Below, piece after piece: positions 9,718 to 19,799 of a DNA stretch of 64,000 nucleotides (positions are counted from its first letter, which is position 1; the number at the start of each line of letters is the position of its first letter). A program made the translations under genes and the position numbers. The stretch covers positions 1 through 64,000 of the forward strand of contig DAHVQG010000009.1 of the NCBI GenBank assembly GCA_027317865.1, written 5' to 3'. This DNA is from Bdellovibrionales bacterium. GTDB lineage: Bacteria > Bdellovibrionota > Bdellovibrionia > Bdellovibrionales > UBA1609. Under the pieces are notes generated by a model. That model was not told the DNA's origin. It saw only the letters and a program-made list of their open reading frames with translations, and did no database searches.

Positions 9718-10131
9718 TTATTTTTGTTCGCAGTGGACGATCCACGGGACGCCGAATTGATCGACGACCATTCCGAAACCGGGAGAAAAAAATGTTTTAC
9801 CAAACGGCATTCGAATTTTTCCGTTTTCAGCCAGCCGTTTAAATATTGTTTCGGCTTTTGCCGTTTCGCTTGTTTTAAATCCCAAACAAATATCAATACC
9901 TTGAGGTTTTTGATATCTCCCTTGTGGAGCATCGTCTCCGTAAATGGCCTGATCGCCGAACTCAAGAGTCGCGTGGATAATTTTTTTGTGCCATTCCTGG
10001 GCGACTTCGCTTGCCATTGGCGATTCTCCCCAAGTCATCGCAAATGACACTTTGCCGGACAAAACTTTCTCATAAAATTTGAAGGCTTCCATACAGTGGC
10101 CGTCAAAATGAAGCTGCGCATTTGCTTTCAC
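9718..10131 (-). CDS. VOC/PhnB-family protein
   Basis: LHFDGHCMEAFKFY, IIHATL, FFSPGFGMVVDQFGVPW; GTG start at 10131 after a GGGGG RBS. Confidence 0.88.
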   Translation of the reverse strand: MKANAQLHFDGHCMEAFKFYEKVLSGKVSFAMTWGESPMASEVAQEWHKKIIHATLEFGDQAIYGDDAPQGRYQKPQGIDICLGFKTSETAKAETIFKRLAENGKIRMPFGKTFFSPGFGMVVDQFGVPWIVHCEQK

Positions 10132-10304
10132 TTTATTCCCCCGCGTTTTTTGTTCGATTGAACATTTAGTTTCGACGAGAGTGCGCTGAGTCTTCAAATT
10201 ATAATTTAATGTTTAGGTCTAAAGGCGGGTTAAGTATTTCAAACTGCCCGTTACATACGTCCATCGCGAGTCTCTTCAATCGCCTCTTGAGTACCCCTGA
10301 GATT

Positions 10305-10320
10305 GGCAAAGTTGACGCCA
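10305..10320 (-). promoter_or_regulatory. Sigma54 -24/-12 promoter
   Basis: TGGCGTCAACTTTGCC (GG-N10-GC). Confidence 0.5.
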
Positions 10321-10375
10321 AGGGAAATCATTTTCTTTGGTTATGAAGGGGGGCGGATATTTTAATCAGGCGAAC

Positions 10376-11950
10376 TTATTCTAAGACAACAGACTCACCG
10401 CCTTTTGCACTTACGCTTTGCTGCGGCAAGAAAAAGGCAAAGACAATTGCAATTGCGGCAAGCACGCCTCCAAACATAAATGAATCTTGGTATCCCGCGA
10501 CGGCCGCAGTCATGGCTACGCTTTTAAACAGTGTAAATCGTGAGACAAGATGGGCAACAGACGGCGGATAACCAAGTCGAACCGCAAAATAATAAATTTT
10601 TTTTATTGCATTGCTGACCGCTGCCACGTCGGGGCGAAATGCCGCGCCAAGAGCAAGTAAATGAAATTTGGTTCGAATATCAAGGACGGTACCCAGGGCG
10701 GCGATGCTGACCGAACCTGCGACCTGTTGAATAAGATTGAGCATAACGGTTGCCTGGCTCGTTTGCGATTTTGGTACCGCATTGAGTGCCGTTGCCATAA
10801 GGGGCGCGACTAATAATCCGATGCCAACCCCCCGATAAAGAGTGGGCCAGATGATTCCCCAAATCGAAGTGTTTACGCCGAGGGTGCGATAGGCAAACAT
10901 CGACCATGCAACTAAAATCAACCCAATTATTGTAACCGTGCGAACGCCGAGTTTATCGGCAATTTTAGGAGCAATCGGCATCATAACCCCGACCACAAGT
11001 GCTCTCGGTAACAAGATATATCCGCTTTTTATTTCGTCGAAGCCCATAAATATTTCCATAAAAAGCGGAAGTAAGAACGTCCCGCCAAAAAGCCCAACGG
11101 ATCGGCCCGCCGAACACAAAAAGCAGGACGTGAATACTTTGTTTTTAAACATGCCCAAGTCAATAATGGGATGTCTAGTTTGCAACTCAACCGTAAAAAA
11201 GCCAATTATGCTAAAGATGCACACCGCAACGCACGTCATGATGTATGGGGATGTCCAGCCTTTTTGATCCCCTTGATTGAGCGCAAGCAAGAATGCGACT
11301 AAAAATGCCGCTAAAAATACGAATCCATAGAAATCGAACGGCTGTTTAACGATGTCTTCGACTTTATCTTTATGAATAAGAATTATTGAAAGAATCGTGG
11401 CCATAATACCGATTGGTAAATTGACAAGAAATATCGCGCGCCAACTGATGTTGTAAGTTAAGTATCCGCCGATCACCGGGCCAAGTGCCGGTCCGACAAT
11501 TACCCCGAGTCCCCAATAGCCGATAGCTTTAGCCCGTTCTTTAGGAGCGAATGCGTCTGAAATCATCGCCATCGCTGTCGGATTGATTGCCCCGCCGCCG
11601 GCAGCTTGCAGAACGCGAGCCGCTATGAGACTCGGCAGGTTCCATGACATTCCGCAAAGTACAGAACCGGTCGTGAAAACCACAAGGCTAGCGGTAAAAA
11701 GTTTTTTGCTGCCGACCCGGTCGCGCAGCCATCCAGTGAGCGAAATAAGGCTGGCAAACGTGAGCATGTAGCCCGTGACGACCCATTCAATTTGATCGAC
11801 CGAAGCGCCGAAGTCGGCCATTATCGCTGGTAGAGAAACGTTGACAATGCTCGCGTCGAGAGTCGCCATGAACGACCCAAGTAGGGCTATAGAAAGCAAC
11901 ACCCACTTGTAATTATCGTTATCATCTTGTCCAGACGACAGTGCTGCCAC
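10376..11950 (-). CDS. DHA2-family (EmrB/QacA) MFS efflux permease
   Basis: LDASIVNVSLP, WVVTGYML, GPALGPVIGG, WRAIFLVNLPIG; about 14 TM segments. Confidence 0.92.
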   Translation of the reverse strand: MAALSSGQDDNDNYKWVLLSIALLGSFMATLDASIVNVSLPAIMADFGASVDQIEWVVTGYMLTFASLISLTGWLRDRVGSKKLFTASLVVFTTGSVLCGMSWNLPSLIAARVLQAAGGGAINPTAMAMISDAFAPKERAKAIGYWGLGVIVGPALGPVIGGYLTYNISWRAIFLVNLPIGIMATILSIILIHKDKVEDIVKQPFDFYGFVFLAAFLVAFLLALNQGDQKGWTSPYIMTCVAVCIFSIIGFFTVELQTRHPIIDLGMFKNKVFTSCFLCSAGRSVGLFGGTFLLPLFMEIFMGFDEIKSGYILLPRALVVGVMMPIAPKIADKLGVRTVTIIGLILVAWSMFAYRTLGVNTSIWGIIWPTLYRGVGIGLLVAPLMATALNAVPKSQTSQATVMLNLIQQVAGSVSIAALGTVLDIRTKFHLLALGAAFRPDVAAVSNAIKKIYYFAVRLGYPPSVAHLVSRFTLFKSVAMTAAVAGYQDSFMFGGVLAAIAIVFAFFLPQQSVSAKGGESVVLE

Positions 11951-11953
11951 TTC

Positions 11954-12724
11954 TTATGCGTCTTTGCCTAAAGCGTTTTTACCTAAAGTTGAATCAAACA
12001 GATTGATCAAGTTCGTCCAGTGGCGATCGAGAGCTGTTTCGTTGTAAGCCGGCAAATCCGCCATGGTAAAGCCATGTTGAGCTCCGGCGTAGAGTTCTGT
12101 TTTGCAATGAACGCCGGACGCATTAACTGCCGTTTTGAATCTTTCAATTTGTTCAGGCGGCATTGATTTATCGTTATCTGCAATTGCGACATATAGCCGC
12201 GCTTTGATTTTATTTAAAAGTCGATGGGGACTATCGGCGGTATCAGTGGCCAGATTGCCACCATGAAAACTAGCGGCAGCTCCGATACGATCTGGATATT
12301 GGGCAGCGGTTCGAATCGCAAGTCCACCGCCTAGGCAGTAGCCGGTTGTTCCAATTTTACCGGAAGCAACGTTTTTTTGTTTAGAAAGAAAATCAAGAAA
12401 AACGCCGGCATCGCGCATTGCAAGCTCGGGTTTGAACGTTTGAAAAAGCGGCATGATCATCTTGTGAGCATCCGGCATGTTTTCCGGCTTTATAGGAAAT
12501 TTCGCGTCGACGACAGGAGCCCTGCGCGTGCGGTAAAACGAGTTGGGCAAAAGTACATAATAGCCGTGAGTCGCGAGCTTCTGAGCCATTTCATAAAGAT
12601 ATTTTCTTGGGCCGAAGGCGTCCATGTAAAGTATAACGGCAGGGTATGTGCTATCACCCGGGTATGCAATATAGCTGTCGCAAACTCCATCGGGAGTTTT
12701 AATGTCGATACTTTGAGTGATCAT
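11954..12724 (-). CDS. Dienelactone hydrolase family protein
   Basis: GYCLGG nucleophile motif, ASFHGG, HGF. Confidence 0.92.
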   Translation of the reverse strand: MITQSIDIKTPDGVCDSYIAYPGDSTYPAVILYMDAFGPRKYLYEMAQKLATHGYYVLLPNSFYRTRRAPVVDAKFPIKPENMPDAHKMIMPLFQTFKPELAMRDAGVFLDFLSKQKNVASGKIGTTGYCLGGGLAIRTAAQYPDRIGAAASFHGGNLATDTADSPHRLLNKIKARLYVAIADNDKSMPPEQIERFKTAVNASGVHCKTELYAGAQHGFTMADLPAYNETALDRHWTNLINLFDSTLGKNALGKDA

Positions 12725-12817
12725 TGATTGTATCCTTACCGTGTTGACCGATAATTTATAATCTTAGTTAATCGATATGGGTAGTCCAGTTACCGAATGG
12801 TTGGCGTGTGGTGGCGG

Positions 12818-13927
12818 TCAGTGCTTCGCTGGCCTTAATATTTTTGCGCAACTTGCGATTTTTTCATTCAGGCGTTCTGTTATTTTTTCGAATCGCTCAA
12901 GGGCTATCGCTACTTGTGGGTAACGTTTGAAAATTTGCTCGGCTCGAAAATACAAAACAGCTCCCGTTATGCCTGAAATCAAATACGGCATCGCATGCAA
13001 AAGAAATTGGCCCGCGCTAGTGGAATTCGCTGTCAAAATCAAAAACGGACCAAATATTCCGGTGACTATCAATTTACGAACTGAATCGAACGCCGTAAAG
13101 GCTTGACGACTAATCGGGCGATCGCGGTCGCTCAAAGCATCCCATCTGCGCCGGAGCAGCGCAAAGCCTGTACCGCTTGCAAGTGCGACGGCGGTCTTTC
13201 GCCCAATGTTGAACAGCGCCGTAAGACTTGCGACTCCCGCATGTAAATTTGGGGCCGTCGAAAGGACTTGCATGGTGGCGTAAACTGCCAGGAGCAGTCC
13301 ACCGTGGGCCGTGATTTGCCCGATGATCTGCGCTTTGTCTTCGGGGACGTTATACGACATTAATTTCGCGGCAATCGGGTTTTCAAATGTTTGCATAAGT
13401 TTTGACCACGCGCCCGTTGGCAAACTTATTTTATTTAAATACCAAATATTGAATCCGAGTAAAAGAGCGGCTTGCCACCATCGGAGACCGCCCGGCTGAA
13501 GAGCAGCGACGAGATACACGCCGTTTTCCCACCCGAAGCCAGTATAAATAAGAACGGTATTTAATGCGTTCGAACGCTGTAATTGGATATTGGCTTTCGA
13601 TAAAGATTTAGCGTTGATTTGCGGCTTAACTTTTTCGACGAGAACTGTAGCCGTCGGGTCGGCACCTGCGACTGCAGCCGCAACCTGAGTAACGGATTCA
13701 TTTTTAATGATTTCGCCAATTACCTCTGCAGCGCCTAATTCCACCGGCAACTGGGGCCGGGCATTCGACTGGCTCGGCATGGGATTTAAGCTGTTTGCAA
13801 ATCCGTTAACCGAAGCGAATAGTGTTGAAACGGCAAGTAGGGTAGATAATAAAAGGCGGAATTTTCGGGAATTCACCCCGACATTGTAACTGTTGTGCTT
13901 AATTTCTTCGATAGGGAGTGTTTTCAC
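12818..13927 (-). CDS. Hypothetical multi-pass membrane or secreted protein
   Basis: Signal-like N-terminus and several hydrophobic helices; ends SCAKILRPAKH. Confidence 0.7.
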   Translation of the reverse strand: MKTLPIEEIKHNSYNVGVNSRKFRLLLSTLLAVSTLFASVNGFANSLNPMPSQSNARPQLPVELGAAEVIGEIIKNESVTQVAAAVAGADPTATVLVEKVKPQINAKSLSKANIQLQRSNALNTVLIYTGFGWENGVYLVAALQPGGLRWWQAALLLGFNIWYLNKISLPTGAWSKLMQTFENPIAAKLMSYNVPEDKAQIIGQITAHGGLLLAVYATMQVLSTAPNLHAGVASLTALFNIGRKTAVALASGTGFALLRRRWDALSDRDRPISRQAFTAFDSVRKLIVTGIFGPFLILTANSTSAGQFLLHAMPYLISGITGAVLYFRAEQIFKRYPQVAIALERFEKITERLNEKIASCAKILRPAKH

Positions 13928-14173
13928 AAACTGTCAAAAGTTTGGACGAAACGATTCGGCGAATCATCAATATCGGCTTCTGTGGCGGCTCAATAAGATG
14001 GTCCCAAAACATAATGAGATTTAAATAGTTTATTTTAGGAATGCTTTAACCGGATGCGCGTTCCATACTTCGGCGGTTTCGAGGTTGAGACAATCGAGTT
14101 TGCCCTGCGCCATATTGTCCCAAACATTTCCGATATTCTTGCGCCAGCACGAATGCACTTTTAGAATAGACCC

Positions 14174-14189
14174 TGGCAAGAGACTTGCA
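14174..14189 (+). promoter_or_regulatory. Sigma54 -24/-12 promoter of nirK
   Basis: TGGCAAGAGACTTGCA (GG-N10-GC) about 40 nt upstream of the nirK ATG. Confidence 0.7.
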
Positions 14190-14227
14190 CTTTCCAAATT
14201 TAATTGAATACAAGGGGGAATGACTGC

Positions 14228-15265
14228 ATGGGCCAACCAGATTTGAATCGACGCGGTTTTATGTTGGGTACTGGGGCTGTCCTTTTAGCGGGTGCAATAC
14301 TGCCGACAATTGCGGATGCAAAAGAAAAGAGTCTACCAGAAGCACATCCACGCGAAGACGAAGCCTTTGCTACAGTTAAAAAACACACCGTTGCGGCAAA
14401 CCCAGCTGACGTACCGCCGCCCATAAAGCGCGCCTACGCCATTCACCACGACGTTGAACTTGAAGCCCGGCAAGTTGAAGCCGAACTTAGCGATGGTACA
14501 ACATTTCATTTTATGACGTGGAACGGGCAAGTCCCCGGGCCAATGATTCGTGTAAGGCAGGGTGATACCGTTTCGCTTACGATCAAAAGTTCAAAAAGCA
14601 ATAATCGTCCGCATAATCTTGACATGCATGCCATTTACGCCACGGGCGGGGGATCAACGGCAACATTTGTGCTGCCGGGGCAAAGTAAAACTGAAAAATT
14701 CAAATGTATGTATCCTGGTGCGTTTATCTATCATTGTGCCGTCCCTAATATGGATGCTCACATCAGCTCAGGAATGTTTGGAATGATACTCGTCGAACCG
14801 TACGAAGGCTTACAACAAGTTGATCGAGAGTTTTATTTTGGGCAACACGAGATTTATACAAAACAGCCATTCGGCAAAAATGGACTTGCCACGTTTGACT
14901 ACGACGCCATGACGCGCGAAGAACCCAATTATGTTGTTTTCAATGGGGCAGTAAATGGCATAACTTCAGATTGGCTTGGTCCCGCTGTAGCTCACGTTGG
15001 CGAGAAAATTCGAGTCTTTATGGTTTGTGGCGGTCCGAATCTCACTTCAAGTTTTCATGCAATTGGTAACGTTTGGAGCCGCTGTTGGCCTCAAGGCGCC
15101 ATTGCGAACGAGCCGATTAAATATGTACAGACACAATCGGTGCCGCCGGGCAGTTGCTTTGTTGGTGAAATGGATCTGCCGGTCAAAGAAACCATTAAAC
15201 TAGTAGACCACGCGCTTTCACGGGTTGTTCGCAAGGGTTTACTTGCAGAAATAAAAGTTGTTTGA
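14228..15265 (+). CDS. nirK: Copper-containing nitrite reductase
   Basis: Tat signal RRGFML; HNLDMH; YHC...H...M type-1/type-2 Cu ligands; SSFHAIG; LVDH; ATG 14228 after AAGGGGG. Confidence 0.93.
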   Translation: MGQPDLNRRGFMLGTGAVLLAGAILPTIADAKEKSLPEAHPREDEAFATVKKHTVAANPADVPPPIKRAYAIHHDVELEARQVEAELSDGTTFHFMTWNGQVPGPMIRVRQGDTVSLTIKSSKSNNRPHNLDMHAIYATGGGSTATFVLPGQSKTEKFKCMYPGAFIYHCAVPNMDAHISSGMFGMILVEPYEGLQQVDREFYFGQHEIYTKQPFGKNGLATFDYDAMTREEPNYVVFNGAVNGITSDWLGPAVAHVGEKIRVFMVCGGPNLTSSFHAIGNVWSRCWPQGAIANEPIKYVQTQSVPPGSCFVGEMDLPVKETIKLVDHALSRVVRKGLLAEIKVV

Positions 15266-16413
15266 TGTTCACTTGGCAAAAAATTGAAAAGGATCCGTTT
15301 CGGATATTCTTCCCGTTAGGGGCGATTCTGGCACTTTGTGGCCTGGCCCCTTGGCTCGGGCACTTTTTTGGGTACATCGGATACCCTCGCACTTTGCATG
15401 AACTTTTGATGATGAATGGATTTCTCCTGTCGTTTGTGTGCGGATTTCTTATGACGGCGATTCCGCGTTTCACCGGTGCGAATTATGCGACTCGCTACGA
15501 AATTGTGACTGTATTAACCATGATTATCACTTCAGCATTTGTCGCATTTTCACGTTTGCAATCCGTCAATTATTTACTTTCTTCCTTTGCAATTATTTTT
15601 CTCGCTTCGTTTGCGATTCGCCGGTTTGTAAAGCGTACCGCCAATCCACCGCACACTTTCATATTTATTGGCCTCGGTCTTGTACTTTGGCTTTGCGGCA
15701 ATTTGGGCCAATATTTGAGCGCACGTGGGCTCGTTCAATCGGCGTCTGTGGCTGAGATGTTTCAAGACCTGTTTACCAATGGCGCCATAATGTGTTTAGT
15801 GCTGGGAGTGGGTGGCCGTGTTATGCCGGCGATTCTGGGGTGGCAAGATGTTGTTACGCATATGCGAAAGCAATATGAAACCGCAGGATCTTTTTTTGGC
15901 AAAATTCCGTTTGCGATTTGGGCATCAATTTGCGTCTTTCTGTTGTCGTTTTTATTAGAGCCCTTCATATCTATTCGTGTTTGTTTCAGTCTGCGCGGGC
16001 TCGTGACTCTTTACTTTGGGATCAAATTTTGGAGAATCTTTCAACTCCCGAAAAATCGCTCGTATCTTGCGTGGGGGATCTGGCTTAGCGCTTGGTGTCT
16101 CGCTGTGGGCTATTTTATACCCGCAATTTGGATCAGCCAAGAAGTTGATGCGCTTCACTTTTTGCTAGTTGGTGGTTTCAGTCTTCTGACACTTCTTATT
16201 GCCATGCGGGTCTCGTTTGCTCACAGCCCAGCCGGTACCGATATTGAAAAGCGATCGCCGCTGATTTTGATATTTGCGGGTCTCATTTTACTTGCGATGA
16301 TTACTCGTGTGACGGCAATTATATGGCCACCAATTTATCTTGATCATTTGGGGTATGCTGCCGCTACTTGGCTCGTGGGGCTTTTGCTTTGGGGATGGCT
16401 AGTAGTGATGTGA
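15265..16413 (+). CDS. nnrS: NnrS-family membrane protein
   Basis: PFRIFF, HELLM, GFLMTAIPRFTG, GGRVMP, ALH, RVSFAHS; TGATG overlap with nirK. Confidence 0.85.
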   Translation: MFTWQKIEKDPFRIFFPLGAILALCGLAPWLGHFFGYIGYPRTLHELLMMNGFLLSFVCGFLMTAIPRFTGANYATRYEIVTVLTMIITSAFVAFSRLQSVNYLLSSFAIIFLASFAIRRFVKRTANPPHTFIFIGLGLVLWLCGNLGQYLSARGLVQSASVAEMFQDLFTNGAIMCLVLGVGGRVMPAILGWQDVVTHMRKQYETAGSFFGKIPFAIWASICVFLLSFLLEPFISIRVCFSLRGLVTLYFGIKFWRIFQLPKNRSYLAWGIWLSAWCLAVGYFIPAIWISQEVDALHFLLVGGFSLLTLLIAMRVSFAHSPAGTDIEKRSPLILIFAGLILLAMITRVTAIIWPPIYLDHLGYAAATWLVGLLLWGWLVVM

Positions 16414-16668
16414 TCATTGCTCGGATTCGCGGCAGTTTTCGACCTTTTCAAGAAGGTGACGAGAGATGTCCGCCGCTTGATTCGCCGCAAATTCGATTTT
16501 AGATGTGCACTCCAATATGGTTTGGGTGTCATTGACTTTGCGCTTGATGAGGTCGCAGTACATTTGAATTGCGCCTAGAATGTTATTTATATCATGAGCC
16601 GTACGGCCAGCGAGTATGATAATTTCGCCATCACTTTTGATTGTCTGGTTTTGCTCCGTTTTCATCAT
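16414..16668 (-). CDS. Stand-alone HisKA (DHp) domain protein, or truncated kinase
   Basis: AGRTAHDINNILGAI H-box with no ATPase domain; ATGA-coupled to the upstream HD-GYP gene. Confidence 0.65.
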   Translation of the reverse strand: MMKTEQNQTIKSDGEIIILAGRTAHDINNILGAIQMYCDLIKRKVNDTQTILECTSKIEFAANQAADISRHLLEKVENCRESEQ

Positions 16669-18026
16669 CGCACACTAAACCCGGGCCCCGCGTTTTTTGT
16701 TGCAGGTCGAAATAACTGAACGAGGGCTTCGAAAAACTTCTTGTCTAAAAATGCAGCGCAATTCGATGCCATATCCTGTAACGCGTCGGCCGGAGACATT
16801 GGAGTGTATTGAGGATTTTTAATTACCCGATAACAGAATTCATCAGCGACCGAAATCAGTTTAGCCATGGGATGTATGAGGGCCTTTTTCATTCCTGCCG
16901 GGTAACCACGTGATAAACAATTTTCGTGGTGTTGCTTAACAATATCAAGAACGTCGTCTGGCAGGCTTTGAATATCAATCAGAATCTCATGGCCTCGTGT
17001 TGGGTGACTTTCATAGGTTTTAACATCGTCGACATTCCACTGATATCTCGGCCTGTCGATGAGATCACGATGCAATTCTTTTATGCCAATGTCATGAAAT
17101 AGGCCACCCATGGCAACTTTGATTTTGTTAGACGGTAATTGCCACTGAATATTTTGTGCGATCATCACAGCATACATGCTGACTCCCACGCTATGGGCAA
17201 GAACGTAATCGGCATGATTCCGTAGGGCATCGAGCACTTCTAGGGCCTTAAAGTCGTCTGAAAGAATATTTAAAGTTGCATCGACAAAGGCGCCTGCTGA
17301 CTCATATACATGATCATCAATGCCATCATGTCGAATTTGCTCGTTTAAAATTTCGCCCGTATGCCGCAAGAGATTCAATTTCTTGTCTCGCGCGATAGCA
17401 TCTGATTTTTGTGCCGCTTTAGCGAGTGTTAAACTGAAGCCGACATATTCGCGAAAGTCACCGATTCGAAGATAAAGAAACCGCATGCCTTTTTCGCGGT
17501 AAAACCGCACGCGATTTATCGACAGGTCCTCGCCCTTGTGCGCTAATTTTACATATTTATTGGCAGAAAGGCGCGCAAAAATATTAAACTTAATCGTTTT
17601 TCCGGTAACGAAATCATTGATTCCAAGCTTGCAATACTGACTGTCGAGATCCACGGGCGATAGGGATGGTGAACCGGCGAGACACTGTTGGATAGCCTGA
17701 AAAAGGTCCTCGCTTTTGAACGGCTTAGGAATAAATTCATTTACGCCCAATTCGTACGCCGCTTTTGTCTCTAGAAGTTCTGAAAAACCAGTGGTCATTA
17801 TTATCGGGATCAGGCTCGATTTTCGAATGGCCTTTGTTAAATCCACCCCATCCATTTCAGGCATTTTTACGTCCGTGAATATTAAATCGAAATTGTTAGA
17901 TTTCAAAATGTTTAACGCTACCTTGCCGTTGTCGGCGCTGACGATTTCGTATCCTTCGGCAATTAAATTTTTTTCGACCGACTCTCGAAAAATGAGATCG
18001 TCGTCAACCACTAAGATTTTCGGCAA
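16665..18026 (-). CDS. REC + HD-GYP cyclic-dinucleotide phosphodiesterase
   Basis: N-terminal REC; HSVGVS, HDIG, HPTRG, HHE...GYP motifs. Confidence 0.9.
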   Translation of the reverse strand: MPKILVVDDDLIFRESVEKNLIAEGYEIVSADNGKVALNILKSNNFDLIFTDVKMPEMDGVDLTKAIRKSSLIPIIMTTGFSELLETKAAYELGVNEFIPKPFKSEDLFQAIQQCLAGSPSLSPVDLDSQYCKLGINDFVTGKTIKFNIFARLSANKYVKLAHKGEDLSINRVRFYREKGMRFLYLRIGDFREYVGFSLTLAKAAQKSDAIARDKKLNLLRHTGEILNEQIRHDGIDDHVYESAGAFVDATLNILSDDFKALEVLDALRNHADYVLAHSVGVSMYAVMIAQNIQWQLPSNKIKVAMGGLFHDIGIKELHRDLIDRPRYQWNVDDVKTYESHPTRGHEILIDIQSLPDDVLDIVKQHHENCLSRGYPAGMKKALIHPMAKLISVADEFCYRVIKNPQYTPMSPADALQDMASNCAAFLDKKFFEALVQLFRPATKNAGPGFSVR

Positions 18027-18045
18027 CCTTGCACTCCTTAGAAGT

Positions 18046-19143
18046 TCAGTTTTTAAGAGTGAAGAAAAATGTCGCTCCTAAACCCGGCTTGGCTTCGGCC
18101 CAAATTCTGCCACCATGGCGATGAATGATCCGCTGAACGGTCGCCAGCCCAACGCCTGAACCTTCAAACTCCGCCTCGGTATGTAATCTTTGAAATAGAC
18201 CGAAAAGTTTTGCGGCATATTGCATATCAAAACCAGCGCCATTATCTTTTACGTAGAATATTCTTTCATTTGCGCTCTTGATTTGGCCAAACTCAATCTG
18301 AGCGGCTGTCCCCAGCTTTGCGGTATACTTCCACGCATTGGCCAAGAGGTTCGTCATTGCTACTCGAAGGAGTGTGGGATCTCCAGTCACCCAAATATCG
18401 TCGGCGATTTTTAATTGAACCCGTCGCCTCGGCTCGTTTTGTTTAAGGTCCGATAGAATCTCGGTCACCAGAGCGCTCAAATTTACTGATTGGACGGCCA
18501 ATTCTTGTCGCGCTAAACGCGAAAGCGAAAGAAGCCCGTCGATCAAAATGCCCATCTTTTGTCCGGCGGCGAGCACGCGCGTGAGATAGCCTTTTGCGTT
18601 TTGCGGTAAAGCATCATTCGATTCTTCGAGGATGAGCGTGCTGAAGCCAACGATACTTCGTGCGGGGGCCCGCAAGTCGTGTGCTACAGAATAGCTAAAC
18701 GACTCTAACTCTTTGTTTGCCCGCTCGAGAGCGTCTCTTGCTTGTACTAAGTCTTGATTCGCTTTTTTAATTTCCGTGACGTCTCGCGCGGCCGCATACA
18801 TGAAATCGCCTACGGGCGCTGACTTCCATGACAACCATTTGTAGCTGCCATCTTTGCATCTGTACCGATTTTCAAAACTTAGGACGTCCTTTTTGGTCGT
18901 CATTTGCTTTTCCACTTCACTTATTGTCGGTTCAATATCATCTGGGTGTATAAAATCGAGATAAGATTTCGCGCAAAGTTCCTCTTCCGAAAAACCAAGC
19001 GTGTGCACAAACGCCGGGTTTACTTTTTTAAAGTGTCCGTCGTAGCTAGAAATGCAGAGCATATCTAAAGAAACGGCAAAGAATTTCTCATATTCTACCG
19101 GCAAATTTTCGAGATTTTTTGTCGGGGTAAAGACATTTTTCAT
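18046..19143 (-). CDS. PAS sensor histidine kinase (Cph1-like kinase core)
   Basis: PAS; FSYSVAHDLRAP; NLLANAWKY; DNGAGFDM; FQRLH; GVGLA. ATG 19143 overlaps the regulator stop. Confidence 0.92.
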   Translation of the reverse strand: MKNVFTPTKNLENLPVEYEKFFAVSLDMLCISSYDGHFKKVNPAFVHTLGFSEEELCAKSYLDFIHPDDIEPTISEVEKQMTTKKDVLSFENRYRCKDGSYKWLSWKSAPVGDFMYAAARDVTEIKKANQDLVQARDALERANKELESFSYSVAHDLRAPARSIVGFSTLILEESNDALPQNAKGYLTRVLAAGQKMGILIDGLLSLSRLARQELAVQSVNLSALVTEILSDLKQNEPRRRVQLKIADDIWVTGDPTLLRVAMTNLLANAWKYTAKLGTAAQIEFGQIKSANERIFYVKDNGAGFDMQYAAKLFGLFQRLHTEAEFEGSGVGLATVQRIIHRHGGRIWAEAKPGLGATFFFTLKN

Positions 19144-19577
19144 GCTCGTGCCTCGTTTAGCACCAACCAATAAAGTTGAAGCTGCTGAATCGCGTGTGTA
19201 AACTGTGCGATGTCCACCGGTTTTACAATGTAGCTATTGGCGCCTTGGCTGTAGCCGTCGATCAAATCTCGCTCTTCACGCGACGAGGTTAAAATAACCA
19301 CGGGCAAAGTTTTTGTCCCAGCATTTTCTCTGATTTGGCGAAGAACTTCGATTCCGCTTACTTTGGGTAAATTGAGATCAAGAAGGACAACCGTTGGCAG
19401 TGGGTCATTTTGCTTTGCCGTAAATTCGCCACGACGAAAAATGTAGTCGAGCGCTTCGGCCCCGTCTCGCACAACATCCACATGGTTTTTTACGCGGCCT
19501 TTTTGTAAGGCGATTAATGTTAATTGCTCGTCGTCCGGGTTATCTTCGACAAGTAATATTTTTTTGTCGGCTGTCAA
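19140..19577 (-). CDS. Single-domain response regulator (Rcp1-like)
   Basis: LVEDNPDD, LLDLNLPK, GANSYIVKPV, YWL. Confidence 0.9.
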   Translation of the reverse strand: MTADKKILLVEDNPDDEQLTLIALQKGRVKNHVDVVRDGAEALDYIFRRGEFTAKQNDPLPTVVLLDLNLPKVSGIEVLRQIRENAGTKTLPVVILTSSREERDLIDGYSQGANSYIVKPVDIAQFTHAIQQLQLYWLVLNEARA

Positions 19578-19799
19578 AGTCTCTCCTTATTTATTATTTT
19601 GCCGGGCTGAAAAGGTCGGGGGCGAAATAATTATTTACGGGTCAATTAAAATTGTTGATTTAAAAATCCTACTGAAAAATAGTACGGCCGTAAAGGCTCG
19701 GGCACATCGTGTAAAGCGGTGTGGAGGTATATTTTGGACAAAAGACCTAGCACGACGGTTTATGGTCGACATTAATCAAAAATTGATTAACTTGTTTTT

